Below, in pieces: positions 30,860 to 41,260 of a stretch of 64,000 nucleotides of DNA. The position numbers and the translations under genes were made by a program. Source of the stretch: a virus. The notes below the pieces were generated by a model that made no database searches, had not been told where the DNA came from, and worked only from the letters and a program-made list of their open reading frames with translations. Numbering within the stretch: position 1 is the stretch's first letter; every line of letters begins with the position of its first letter. The stretch covers positions 6,208-70,207 of the IMG/VR virus record IMGVR_UViG_3300033153_007277. One strand, 5' to 3'.

Positions 30860-33800
30860 CTATTTTAAAGGTTTGTATTGTATGTCGGTTGTTACTACCT
30901 TGAAATCTTCGTCTAAATTATGACTTATTTTGAAGATAAGCAAACGACCCTGCATTCTATCTCTACTAACAGTCTGCCTAGGTATGTATTGTTCGAATCC
31001 GTTGTAGTCTTTTAAAGCTAATGGATTAGCTATAGTGTCTAATACGCATTGAGGAGTATTCGCGATAACTTGCTGTAAATTATCAAAAAACTCAACTTTA
31101 GTAGGTTTGTTGTCACTATTTACTCTAATTCTAACAAATTCCTTATCTTTTGGAGAGATAGCAGCGCAAACTTGGGTTACAAAAGATTCTATCAATGCAC
31201 CACTTATAATCCTACCTGTATTAAGGATGTATGTTTCCATTTCCCTCATTCCGTATGAGGAGTTGTCGAAAGACAAGAACTTATTGAAATCGTAGGCATT
31301 AGTACCTTCCCATTGTTGTTTTTGATTATTAAACACTAATGTTGGTCTTTCTGAAGGGGGCTGAGCATCTATTTGAGCACTACACCAATATTCATTATGT
31401 AAAACGTCATAAACTCCAGTAATTGCATCAGAGTAACCTGTATTCAGTTTGTCTAAAAATTCTCTTTTTATATATGAGTAATATCCGATTCTACCAACAT
31501 CAATTATTTGATTAGATGCCATCATATAGACAGATGTTTTATTCATCCATAGTATGATATTAGAATACTCTCCAACAGATCTCCACATCTCATCAGATAT
31601 ACCGATCTCCTTGTTTAACCAAAGCTCATTAAGTATCCCTCCTATGTCCGAACCAACGGTAGCTAACTCGTTTGCATTTATCTCATGAATAATTCGTTTA
31701 TCAATTAAAAGAAGGCAAACTCCTGAATCGGTAAAAGCATAAAGATTGTTTCCTTTTTCGGAAATAGCATCAAAAGCTTTTTTGATTTCTCCAGTATCAT
31801 CAGATATATCATAGACATCATGAGTGAAAAATGTTTTAATACTTGGAGAATCTTGGACATTTATAGGTCTTTTTTGTGACCAAGCTATTCTTGTACAAAA
31901 TTTATTTTGCTCTTCAAACCCAATCTTTGGTACTGATGAAAAAGCGCGTGAGGTGTCTTTTTTCGAATAATCTAAATTTACTTGAGGTAAAAACCTATAA
32001 CCACCATACTTCCAATTCAGATACTCATCTCCATAGTCGGTTTCGTAGGCAGTAAAAATATTGTTATCAATATATACATCAGCAGCTATTCCAGCGGAAA
32101 ATTTAGTATCATCCCACTTATAAGGACGCATAACGTAATTCTTTAACGGGAATTGTTGGTTGTGACCATTTATTGTGGTTTCATCGTTAAAAGAAAAGCT
32201 TAGATTTATTTTTGTTTCAGCGGTCCACATCGCTAATAACTGCCTTATAGAAGAATTAAAAACTCCTCCTGGGCTTACATTATATATGAAATCATTCTGG
32301 GTTTTATTGGCTCCGGTTCCGTTCCTAGCTATAATATGCCTTGGATTTAATTGGAACCTCTTGTAAGGGAACGCTATACTTAATCTAAAGTCATTTTGAC
32401 CATCTCCAGTATCCCAAACACCGTCATTTATATTTTTACCGTCCTTAGCATACTCCTTATCTTTTACAGCCCACACAGATTCATTTATCCATGTATCTCC
32501 TCCAAAAACAGATATAGGTATTCTATTATCATATTTAACAATAATTTCATCTCCTAATAGAGGTATAAACATTGATTGATTATATCCACCAAAATAATGA
32601 TCGAAATGTATAGTAAACACGGGGCATGTAAAATCAACTGCTTCAGAACTTTTATACAATCCGTAAACTGTAAATGATCCAGATGTATCAGTTACTATCG
32701 CAAATCCGTTATTTTGAATATCATTTAGTATGGTTGTAAGAGGAGCTCCTATTATATTATCTATATTTAACCATCTTTTTTCTACACTACCTGTCTTTAT
32801 AAAAATAAACCTATAAAGGGCAGAATAATCATTCTGGACCTCTCCATTTATACTTTGGATAACATCTTCCCATCTTTCATCAACTAACTCATACGATTGA
32901 GGAATACTTCCATCTGATATACCTATAGTAGATGATACCTTTTGGTAATGTCCCATTGACTCGTATTGTTCTGAATTTTTAGTAGGAACATCAGCAGATT
33001 TTCTAACTATATTTACTACGTATACGGGTTCATGCCAATTCTTAACGTCCGTATCATCGTTGTTTTGAGCTCCAGAAGTGGAGCCATAATGAAATAAGCT
33101 TTTTGCCAATGTAAACCTGAAATAATTACTTCTACCCGATTGAGATACGTAATCTACAGGAGAGCCATCTAAATCTATTTCTTGATTCCCAAGACTTCCA
33201 TCTGGATATACAGGAGTTCCAGTTGAAGGAAAAGCGTCTGCTCTCCATTTCTGGTAAGCCACATATCTATCAGCTGGACTAAGAGGATCAGGAATACCCA
33301 TCAATGGATTTTCGTTAGGGTTTATTTTATGAACACTGTCTTCTAATATTCTGCAATAAGTTATCATATCAACACCTCTATCCCTTTCTGGAGTTGCAAA
33401 AGATGTGGTACTTAGAAATGAGGCAACTTCCGTAAAGAAACCTAAAGGAGACACAACCTGAATAGCAAATGCTGTTGGGTCAGTCTTTATATCCTCTATA
33501 ATCTGCGGGTCTATACCTATGTCAGCGTCTAAATCTGGGAGGTACACAGCTATTTCGTTAGTTCTTTTAGTGGTATTAGCTCCGGCATCACCCTCTGAGC
33601 CAATCATAGAGTAATAAGCAAGGCCCTGAGCTACAACTTTAGATGCTGGGGCTGTCTTAACTATTGAAAAAGCTTCAGCCCAATCAGGTAAAGTGTCAGC
33701 TCCTTTAAAAGCAACACCTCCAGAAAAATAATTTGGTTCAAATCCTTTAGGGTGATAAGGCCCTAAATCGGAATCAGTTATGCCATGTCCTATTGTGTAA

Positions 33801-35503
33801 TTCCAATCTAAATGCGAACAGTCCTGGTCGTCTTGATTTACAGGTGCCCATGGACGATATCCTAGTTTGTTCATTTGGACTGGTGAGCCTAAATCGGAAT
33901 CCACCGGATCACAATCACCAAAATCAGGATCTGTGACATAATCAATATCACCAGTTCCTCTGGATCCATCACTTAATATGTTTGCGAATATACAGTTATC
34001 AGATTTTTCTACAGCATCAACTAAATCAAACACCTCATGGGTCTGAGAAACACCGCTATTAACTCCAGCAGTTCCTTCAACATCAGCAGCTCTAACTGTT
34101 CCGAAATAAGAAACGCCTTCTGTAAGTGACGAAGTTATATCTCTTCTATTTGGGTATCTAAAGTTTTCTGCTCCTCCAATTGTCTTAACAAATGTATTTT
34201 GTCCTTTTTCATCCCACAACATTATACCGTATCCATGCTTCTCTCCTCGCATTGTAGATTTGTGATAACATGCCGCATAAGGATCAGAATGTCCTGCTTT
34301 TCCCATTTTTCTAATAGCTGGAAACATAACAGTACTTAGATCTTCATCTATCATTGTGACCGTATTGTCCACATCTCTTGATTCGTACTCAACATTCATT
34401 AAGTACAATCTATTATTAAAATACCTAATCGCCTTAGCTCTGGAGATGGCAGACATTACATTTATAAGATCGTTGGTTCCTAAAGTTCCTTCGAATCCTC
34501 CTTTATCTAGAATATTTATTATGCCAAATTGTCCATTTGATATATCTATTCTGCCAGCTATTTGATAGCCTGCTGGAGTTCCTAATGGAGCTCCTGCAAC
34601 CCAAGAATCTCTTCTAATTTCTATAGAATCGTAGTTATTTACATTATTGACTCTAAGTTTTATGTGAGCTCCATAAACGGACGTTACTGATACATCTGGA
34701 TCTTTTGAAATAGACTTTAACCAGGCGTAAGCTCCACAACCAGACGAAACCTTTTTTAATACAGGTATCTGAGGAGTTGGAGCAGACCAAGACGTTCTTT
34801 CTCCGCCTTCGGATATGTATCTATGTGAATAAGTAACGTAACCTACTGGAAGTCCACCGCCTCCAAACACGTAGTCATGACCTGATGCACTTGATGTTAG
34901 TTTCACGAATGAAATATGATCTGGAGTTACATTTAGAGACAACGAGTGGTGAGCCGGATCAAATTCAGAGAAATATTTTTGAGTACAAGAACCAATCTCT
35001 CCTCCAACGTTTACGTTGCTGTTTAATAACAAGTCGTTAACATTAAATACCATCGGAACAGTGTTGAAGTCAGTTATATAAACTTCTCCTCCGACACAAG
35101 ATTCGTTTTTAGCTATTTGTAATGGCTTATCAAATACAATAGGGAAATCTGATGAATACAACACTATAAGCCCATCTATTCTAATTAAAGATGGATCAAG
35201 CGAATCGCTATCTGCCCAGAACTCAACTATTCTTCCGTTCATTTCAACAACACCAATGCATTCGTATGTGATAGATAAAGGAAGACTTGTGCCGCCACTA
35301 CATCTATTGTCTATATTTTCGTACAATAAGTTTTCTCCTTTTATTTTTTTAGTAGAATCGTTATCACCGTCCATGGGCATAGTTCTCATATTATGCCTGT
35401 CTAAAACAGCTCCTTCTTGAGAATTGTGCAATTCCTGATTAATATCAGTATTGGCCCCTTTATCGGTGGTCCTTATGTCGCGTGGGTGCTTTTGTTGATT
35501 CAT
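30860..35503 (-). CDS. tail muzzle/stabilisation protein (P22 gp10-like, crAss-like)
   Basis: 1547 aa; N-terminal G.NTD...N.R; C-terminal RI.WS, GEI, GVYD..HNEY and R.QGR motifs. Confidence 0.7.
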   Translation of the reverse strand: MNQQKHPRDIRTTDKGANTDINQELHNSQEGAVLDRHNMRTMPMDGDNDSTKKIKGENLLYENIDNRCSGGTSLPLSITYECIGVVEMNGRIVEFWADSDSLDPSLIRIDGLIVLYSSDFPIVFDKPLQIAKNESCVGGEVYITDFNTVPMVFNVNDLLLNSNVNVGGEIGSCTQKYFSEFDPAHHSLSLNVTPDHISFVKLTSSASGHDYVFGGGGLPVGYVTYSHRYISEGGERTSWSAPTPQIPVLKKVSSGCGAYAWLKSISKDPDVSVTSVYGAHIKLRVNNVNNYDSIEIRRDSWVAGAPLGTPAGYQIAGRIDISNGQFGIINILDKGGFEGTLGTNDLINVMSAISRAKAIRYFNNRLYLMNVEYESRDVDNTVTMIDEDLSTVMFPAIRKMGKAGHSDPYAACYHKSTMRGEKHGYGIMLWDEKGQNTFVKTIGGAENFRYPNRRDITSSLTEGVSYFGTVRAADVEGTAGVNSGVSQTHEVFDLVDAVEKSDNCIFANILSDGSRGTGDIDYVTDPDFGDCDPVDSDLGSPVQMNKLGYRPWAPVNQDDQDCSHLDWNYTIGHGITDSDLGPYHPKGFEPNYFSGGVAFKGADTLPDWAEAFSIVKTAPASKVVAQGLAYYSMIGSEGDAGANTTKRTNEIAVYLPDLDADIGIDPQIIEDIKTDPTAFAIQVVSPLGFFTEVASFLSTTSFATPERDRGVDMITYCRILEDSVHKINPNENPLMGIPDPLSPADRYVAYQKWRADAFPSTGTPVYPDGSLGNQEIDLDGSPVDYVSQSGRSNYFRFTLAKSLFHYGSTSGAQNNDDTDVKNWHEPVYVVNIVRKSADVPTKNSEQYESMGHYQKVSSTIGISDGSIPQSYELVDERWEDVIQSINGEVQNDYSALYRFIFIKTGSVEKRWLNIDNIIGAPLTTILNDIQNNGFAIVTDTSGSFTVYGLYKSSEAVDFTCPVFTIHFDHYFGGYNQSMFIPLLGDEIIVKYDNRIPISVFGGDTWINESVWAVKDKEYAKDGKNINDGVWDTGDGQNDFRLSIAFPYKRFQLNPRHIIARNGTGANKTQNDFIYNVSPGGVFNSSIRQLLAMWTAETKINLSFSFNDETTINGHNQQFPLKNYVMRPYKWDDTKFSAGIAADVYIDNNIFTAYETDYGDEYLNWKYGGYRFLPQVNLDYSKKDTSRAFSSVPKIGFEEQNKFCTRIAWSQKRPINVQDSPSIKTFFTHDVYDISDDTGEIKKAFDAISEKGNNLYAFTDSGVCLLLIDKRIIHEINANELATVGSDIGGILNELWLNKEIGISDEMWRSVGEYSNIILWMNKTSVYMMASNQIIDVGRIGYYSYIKREFLDKLNTGYSDAITGVYDVLHNEYWCSAQIDAQPPSERPTLVFNNQKQQWEGTNAYDFNKFLSFDNSSYGMREMETYILNTGRIISGALIESFVTQVCAAISPKDKEFVRIRVNSDNKPTKVEFFDNLQQVIANTPQCVLDTIANPLALKDYNGFEQYIPRQTVSRDRMQGRLLIFKISHNLDEDFKVVTTDIQYKPLK

Positions 35504-36282
35504 TATTTATGGAACATTGAACTTAAATACTCATTTAAACTTTCTTTTTCGAACGTATTCATATTAGCTACTCTTATTCTAGCTTTTCTCATGCTTCCTC
35601 CGTTTCCATTTGTTCCTGTTGAGTCATTAACAGAATCAGCCCATAAGCCTCTGTACTTTCTAGGCTCCCTAGCTTTCATAGCTCTATAAAACTTAACTAA
35701 AACAAAATCAACAACAGCAGCTTCGAAAAATCTAGGAACCAATGGCAAATCGCCTATCTCTCCTCCAATTCCGTTCGCTATGATTCTAACATGACTGTAT
35801 GCTCTACAATCGGTGCTAAACATTAAAGTGCCATTCATTACATTAGCGTAAAACTTGGTTCCGCTATAAAAGTTTGAACTTGCATAATTAGAAGCTGTAG
35901 GAAGAAAAGGATCTGAATAATCAGTACCTCCGCTGTCTTTTATCTTAGCTGTATATCCATCTCCACCACCTTTATTGTTAAAAGTTCTTTTCCACCAAAC
36001 AACTTGGCTAGTATTCGCTCCACAACACTCAGCGTTATACATGTATATCTCACGTATATTAAAAATACCTTCAGGCATTTCAAGAGAAAGGGTTTCTTTA
36101 TTAAATTCTAAATCAAGAGTAACTTCATCAAAGAAAGTTTCGAAAGCTAATTCTTGTAAAGCTTTCTGTATTCTAGATACATACCATCCTTTGGAGAAGC
36201 CTCTTCTTAGTTTCTCATCATCAACAGTACTTAAAATATCTGCCAACAAGTGATCTACGGATACAAAGTCGTTTATATTCAT
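35503..36282 (-). CDS. tail ring/adaptor protein
   Basis: About 260 aa; P.VP..F..AV motif; third of three tandem ring-like genes. Confidence 0.6.
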   Translation of the reverse strand: MNINDFVSVDHLLADILSTVDDEKLRRGFSKGWYVSRIQKALQELAFETFFDEVTLDLEFNKETLSLEMPEGIFNIREIYMYNAECCGANTSQVVWWKRTFNNKGGGDGYTAKIKDSGGTDYSDPFLPTASNYASSNFYSGTKFYANVMNGTLMFSTDCRAYSHVRIIANGIGGEIGDLPLVPRFFEAAVVDFVLVKFYRAMKAREPRKYRGLWADSVNDSTGTNGNGGSMRKARIRVANMNTFEKESLNEYLSSMFHK

Positions 36283-37013
36283 TATTCATTATTTTGTTGG
36301 TCGTTATATTCTGGTGCTGGTGGAGCAATAGGTGCTTGTGGGGCATTAGGTAAAGACTCATCAGAACCTTGATTAATCCTTTCTTCAGGCATAAGTGTAA
36401 CCCATCTACCTAGCTCCAGTACAGTTTTCATAAGCTCTTCAACTCTTTCGTCAGGAATTGGAACTTGTTCATCTAAGCTGCAGATATCTGTAGGGCTTAA
36501 TGATGTTTTAAGGCCAAGTTCCACATCTTGAAGGATTATACATTCAGTTCCTAAAAAGTAAAGTCTATCAACATTCACGTTATCAACTCTATCTCCAACT
36601 CTATAGAAGTAAGGATTCTTAGGAGTTGGTTTTTCATACTTGTCCATATATAATCTATGCGACTTTGATATGGTTGTTGGCTGAAAAGGAGTATGCGCGA
36701 AATTAGGTCCAGAACAACAGCATCCAGTATCGTAATTATACGTGATAAATTCAACACCGCCTTCGTTAGGCAAATCCATTATAGATTTTGGAAGGTCAAC
36801 ATATTGTCTACTTTTTTCGTCCACTGAAACAGGAACCGAACTAAAAGTTGATACAAATAATCCTGAACCAGTTTTTTGCTCCTGGTCAACACGTATTCTA
36901 TTAGCTACAACCTGTATCCAGTAAACAACTTGAGCCAACCTAACGTCAGCGTCATCAAATGCTTTTTTAAGAGATTTCTGTATGTCGTGTGCAACGTATC
37001 TGTAAGTAGCCAT
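36282..37013 (-). CDS. tail ring/adaptor protein
   Basis: About 240 aa; D...PIP motif; between capsid and muzzle. Confidence 0.6.
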   Translation of the reverse strand: MATYRYVAHDIQKSLKKAFDDADVRLAQVVYWIQVVANRIRVDQEQKTGSGLFVSTFSSVPVSVDEKSRQYVDLPKSIMDLPNEGGVEFITYNYDTGCCCSGPNFAHTPFQPTTISKSHRLYMDKYEKPTPKNPYFYRVGDRVDNVNVDRLYFLGTECIILQDVELGLKTSLSPTDICSLDEQVPIPDERVEELMKTVLELGRWVTLMPEERINQGSDESLPNAPQAPIAPPAPEYNDQQNNE

Positions 37014-37783
37014 TATGTTATAGCGTTAATTAATGCATTAATATCCTGAGCTGTTACCGTATAAAGGTTAGTCTGATCTCCTTGCTTGTATGCGATATAT
37101 TGAAGTGCCTTATCAAATATCATTTGAAAAGTTGTTTCGGGAAAGTCAATATCATCAGCAAGAATAGCAATAACAGTTGGTTGCTTTACATACTCAACAG
37201 TAATCAACCCTTGATTAACAATGGGCCTAACTTCTATTTCTTTGGAAATATCGTTTGCAGGATTTACAGGATCGTAGTTTTTTGGCGGCAAATAAGCGTA
37301 ATCCAATAAATCGGTACAAGTTGGAGATATTCCAATATACCCAGCTTCAAAAGGATTCCTCTTATTGTCTATCCATTCCTCACTAGTAAGTCTCTTACAA
37401 CTAAATTCAGAAGAAACATGATATAAATCAGGTCTATGTATAGAGTTTTTCGTTGTAACTGGAGGTGTTCCTGCAGCAACTGTAGTTGACTTTGTTTCGG
37501 GAAGGGGATAAACTGCCAAGATGGTCCATACGGGATCGGGAAACACATCTAGAGATATTCTTGAGTCCTCGGACGTTTGAAATACTTTTACGATGGAAAT
37601 GTCTCGAAAAACCTCCTCGGCAGATTTATTTTTTCCTAATGCCATGTTGACTACATTCGTCAACCATTTTATCGAGGCGTTAATAGCTGGGATTATATCC
37701 CTGTCATCATCGTAATAATCAGAACCTTCCGCATCTAAAGCGAATAACATTTGGTCCCTTACATCTTGCGTCGATATTGGCAT
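37013..37783 (-). CDS. tail ring/adaptor protein (P22 gp4-like position)
   Basis: VEYVKQP...FPE...I...AL motif. Confidence 0.62.
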   Translation of the reverse strand: MPISTQDVRDQMLFALDAEGSDYYDDDRDIIPAINASIKWLTNVVNMALGKNKSAEEVFRDISIVKVFQTSEDSRISLDVFPDPVWTILAVYPLPETKSTTVAAGTPPVTTKNSIHRPDLYHVSSEFSCKRLTSEEWIDNKRNPFEAGYIGISPTCTDLLDYAYLPPKNYDPVNPANDISKEIEVRPIVNQGLITVEYVKQPTVIAILADDIDFPETTFQMIFDKALQYIAYKQGDQTNLYTVTAQDINALINAIT

Positions 37784-37798
37784 TATTTATTTTTTTAT

Positions 37799-38590
37799 TT
37801 ATTCGTATACATTCGCTTGAGGTGAAGCCTTACTAGCTTGTAAATGACTAGGTATATTTTTCATCTCTGGATTACTATCATCATTTCTAAGCCTACCTTC
37901 TTTAGTAATCATTTTCTCACCTTCTATAGCTTTCTTTGTAAAAGCTGCAGTAAGCTGTCTTCTAAGCTCTGGAACGTCAGCATTGTTAATAGCTAAACCT
38001 TCTATTTTAGCTCTCTCAACAACATTCATGTCGTTCATTCTAGAAACTATACCGTGCTGCTCTAATTGCTTTTGAGCAAATGAAGCATCTAGGTTTTTAA
38101 CAACGTCAATATTTTCGAAGAATTTAATTCCGAACTCAGTATGTTTTTTCAAATATTCAATTTCAGACTTACTATTTGTGCTGAATTGAGATACTGAAAC
38201 AACTTTCCAATCTTGCCCGTGTCTTTTTCTCCATCTGTAAACACCATCGAATCTAATTGGACCATGAGGGGGGAGAATTTCTTTTCCTTTCCTCTTGTCA
38301 GTATAAATTCCATGCCAGTCAGAAAAACAGAAAAATACAGCTTTCTCGTCTTGGAAATCGTCGATTACAGATCCTCCATCTTCATCTAGTGCAGCTCTAC
38401 TACTTTTCATTTCGGCCATGTCTTTTTGCATGCCCTTCATCATTCTAAGTAAATCAGCGTTAGATAAATCTTCTACCTTTTCAGTCTCCTCTTTTGGAGA
38501 TTGCTTTTCTTTTGTTGTTGAAGCAGAGTCTTCTATAAATGGCATAGCACCATCTTTGCTCTTTTCAACTTTACCTTTGTTTAAAGTCAT
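37799..38590 (-). CDS. hypothetical head-associated protein
   Basis: Immediately downstream of MCP; F.T....EIEYLK.H motif. Confidence 0.6.
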   Translation of the reverse strand: MTLNKGKVEKSKDGAMPFIEDSASTTKEKQSPKEETEKVEDLSNADLLRMMKGMQKDMAEMKSSRAALDEDGGSVIDDFQDEKAVFFCFSDWHGIYTDKRKGKEILPPHGPIRFDGVYRWRKRHGQDWKVVSVSQFSTNSKSEIEYLKKHTEFGIKFFENIDVVKNLDASFAQKQLEQHGIVSRMNDMNVVERAKIEGLAINNADVPELRRQLTAAFTKKAIEGEKMITKEGRLRNDDSNPEMKNIPSHLQASKASPQANVYE

Positions 38591-38611
38591 TTTAATTGTT
38601 ATTTGTAAGTT

Positions 38612-38639
38612 AAAAAATAGGCCCCCAGTTCAGGAGGCC
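38612..38639 (-). terminator. intrinsic terminator after the major capsid gene
   Basis: GGCCTCC/GGGGGCC stem then TATTTTTT on - strand. Confidence 0.7.
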
Positions 38640-38658
38640 CATTAAATTGGATTAGATT

Positions 38659-39897
38659 CTATAAGTTAACATCTAACCATCCACATCCTAGTGGATTGTT
38701 AAATTTAACACCCATATTAGCGTCAACCCACATCTCTTTGTATCTTTTTGGAACACCGTCAGTACGAGATAAAGTATCTCCTGAACGCTCACCCCACATT
38801 TGGCAAAGGTTGATGTTCTTCATATCAGTAAGCACAATACGGTTTCTGAATGAAGTCGGGAAAGATGCCTGGTCTTCAAATCTTTTGAAAGGAACAAGTA
38901 CGATTCTAGAAGAACCGATATTCACTTCGTCAAGACTTAATTTAGCAATAGCATCATTTGGCTTGTAACGAGTTTTCTCGTCTTTGTAAGCTTTAGATAA
39001 TTCTAAACAAACTCTAGGAGTTGCAAATGCGAAACGAACTTCTCCGTATTCACCGAACTCAGTGTTTAAAACTACATCTTCGAAAGCACCAGTTAAGGTA
39101 GCTAAAGAAGCAGATGCGTTTGGAGATCCTGCTGCAACCATCGCTGGGAAAATCCCTCCAGTTGTTTTAGCATCTTCTCCGCTTGCTAATTGAACATTTC
39201 CTTTTTGACCATTCCAGAATGCATTCGAGATGTCAATTTGGAATTGACGATACATTGCTTGTCTCTCCATTTTAAGGAAGTTGCTTGTTACAGCAGCATT
39301 CTTTAATTTGTGAAGTTCAACTTCTCCGTACTTAATAACTTTGTTAAAAAGTTGGATAAAGTTGTGACGTTCAATAGTCGATGCTCTGAAATATTGTGCC
39401 CAACCATCAGCTCCATCTGCTTCAACAGAAGAAAGGTTTGCGAATACATCATTCGCTACTACAGCAGGAAGAGTGTCATTCGTGTAAGGCTTAACTTCAA
39501 TAGTTCCGGCAGAAGCATTAGTGCCAACTACTGTACCTTTAGAGTTATTTGGATAAACGATAATCATATCAGTAGAAACATTATCTACAGCAGAAATCGC
39601 AAAAGTTTGAGTTGCTGGCCATACAACCGCAGCAGCACCACCAGTAGCGGTAATAGGCTCACGTTGGTACCCCATCTCTTTATAGAAAAACTCATCTGAT
39701 ACTTCAGTATCAAAGCTTTTCATGTTTAACAATTTCAAATCGAAAAACTGCTTTGGAGCAGAATCGAAAATCACTTTATTAGTTACTTTCTGAACTAATA
39801 GGCTAACATCCTTACCGTAATCTTGTGCGTATTGCGAACCAATACTATTAAGATTCGTGTTGTTGAATGAATCATTTGGCAAGTTATATAAACTCAT
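38659..39897 (-). CDS. major capsid protein
   Basis: 412 aa after portal and scaffold; N..QLF, AFW.G.K, TTGGI motifs; followed by a terminator. Confidence 0.8.
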   Translation of the reverse strand: MSLYNLPNDSFNNTNLNSIGSQYAQDYGKDVSLLVQKVTNKVIFDSAPKQFFDLKLLNMKSFDTEVSDEFFYKEMGYQREPITATGGAAAVVWPATQTFAISAVDNVSTDMIIVYPNNSKGTVVGTNASAGTIEVKPYTNDTLPAVVANDVFANLSSVEADGADGWAQYFRASTIERHNFIQLFNKVIKYGEVELHKLKNAAVTSNFLKMERQAMYRQFQIDISNAFWNGQKGNVQLASGEDAKTTGGIFPAMVAAGSPNASASLATLTGAFEDVVLNTEFGEYGEVRFAFATPRVCLELSKAYKDEKTRYKPNDAIAKLSLDEVNIGSSRIVLVPFKRFEDQASFPTSFRNRIVLTDMKNINLCQMWGERSGDTLSRTDGVPKRYKEMWVDANMGVKFNNPLGCGWLDVNL

Positions 39898-39941
39898 TTT
39901 GTTTTGTATTTAATTAATAATCACTTTTCTAGTCGTGATGA

Positions 39942-41195
39942 TTAAGCATACGGATCTTCATCAAAATGGCTGCCTAAATGAGAAACTGCATCTTTGTGTT
40001 CTTTGCTTTGGGGCATTTCAGTCCCTTTGCTAGATTCACGTATCTGCTTATCGCTCCTATCGACAATCTTTTTATTAGCTTTACTTGTGGCATCTTTCGA
40101 TGTTTTATTAAGTAAAGACTTAATGACCCTCTCTCCGTACATAGCAAAAGCAAGCATTTTTGCTGCTCCTGTTTTGTAACTTCCATCCTTTTCATAAAAC
40201 GGTTCTTCGATTGTCCCGTCAACCATCCTTTGCTGAACCCTTTGTAGGTCTGCTTGGGAGAAGTTGGGAAATTCTTTCTTTAGGCTATTAACGGAACTGC
40301 TTATACTTCCTGTGCGAGATTCTTCAATTTTATCCTGCTTGTCAATATAATCAGCACGTTGTTTCTGGAAGCCCTTTTTGTCGTTTTTGAAAAGTCTTTC
40401 CGAAAGTTCATGCAACTCATCGTATCGCTCTGCGTAATCTTCTTCATCAATTGTTTCACCTTCAAGTTTTTCCTTGAGGGTATCCAACTTCTGTCCGAAG
40501 TAATGCTGAACAACTGCTTCTTTGTCTTGTTTTTCAAAGTCACCGCTGTAGTCCAGTCTTGATTCTGAGCTTCCGAATGCTGCGTGATAGTCATCGCCTT
40601 CAGCGTATGCTGAAATTGCTGCCTTTATATTATTTGGTAATGATGCTAATCCTTCTTCAATATCTGTGAATTTGGTTTTAAATTCAGATCCTTCCTGGGC
40701 TTGATTTCTCCAGGTGTCAACGCTGTTAAAAAACTTATCAGCATCTTCTATTGAGTACTTATCTTTAATATGACTTAAAGTATCTTCATTAAGATTTATG
40801 TCAATCTTTTTTGGTTTCTCTCCAAATAACCCAAACACATCATCTTCATCCTTCTCTTCTCCTTCTTCATCCTTCTCTTCTTTTTTAGGAGCTTCTTTTT
40901 TACTAGAAGACTCTTCACTATCAACTACGGGAGCTTCTTCTTGGTCAGCTTCCTTTTTGTCTTTAGACTCTAATTTAGATAAAGTATCTTTTAAAGCTAG
41001 ATAACCAGGATCTTCTAACATAGAAGGATCCATCTCAGTTAAAGATTCGATTTGTTGAATATCAGCAATTACACTATCTGATGTATGCTCTACTACATTT
41101 TCTGTCAAAGAACTTTGCTCCTCAGCAACTTGTTCTACTTGTTGCTCAGTCGCTTGTTCTGAAGCTGCTGAGTCTTGTGTTTCTTCTTCTGCCAT
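39942..41195 (-). CDS. acidic scaffold-like protein
   Basis: Very E/D-rich; between portal and MCP. Confidence 0.65.
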   Translation of the reverse strand: MAEEETQDSAASEQATEQQVEQVAEEQSSLTENVVEHTSDSVIADIQQIESLTEMDPSMLEDPGYLALKDTLSKLESKDKKEADQEEAPVVDSEESSSKKEAPKKEEKDEEGEEKDEDDVFGLFGEKPKKIDINLNEDTLSHIKDKYSIEDADKFFNSVDTWRNQAQEGSEFKTKFTDIEEGLASLPNNIKAAISAYAEGDDYHAAFGSSESRLDYSGDFEKQDKEAVVQHYFGQKLDTLKEKLEGETIDEEDYAERYDELHELSERLFKNDKKGFQKQRADYIDKQDKIEESRTGSISSSVNSLKKEFPNFSQADLQRVQQRMVDGTIEEPFYEKDGSYKTGAAKMLAFAMYGERVIKSLLNKTSKDATSKANKKIVDRSDKQIRESSKGTEMPQSKEHKDAVSHLGSHFDEDPYA

Positions 41196-41221
41196 ATCTA
41201 TTTTTTAATACATGGTGTATG

Positions 41222-41229
41222 CAAATATA
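41222..41229 (-). promoter_or_regulatory. Bacteroidota -7 element for scaffold-MCP
   Basis: TATATTTG on - strand, 26 nt upstream of the scaffold ATG. Confidence 0.55.
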
Positions 41230-41260
41230 TACTTTTTTACGATACATATCTACATTACCA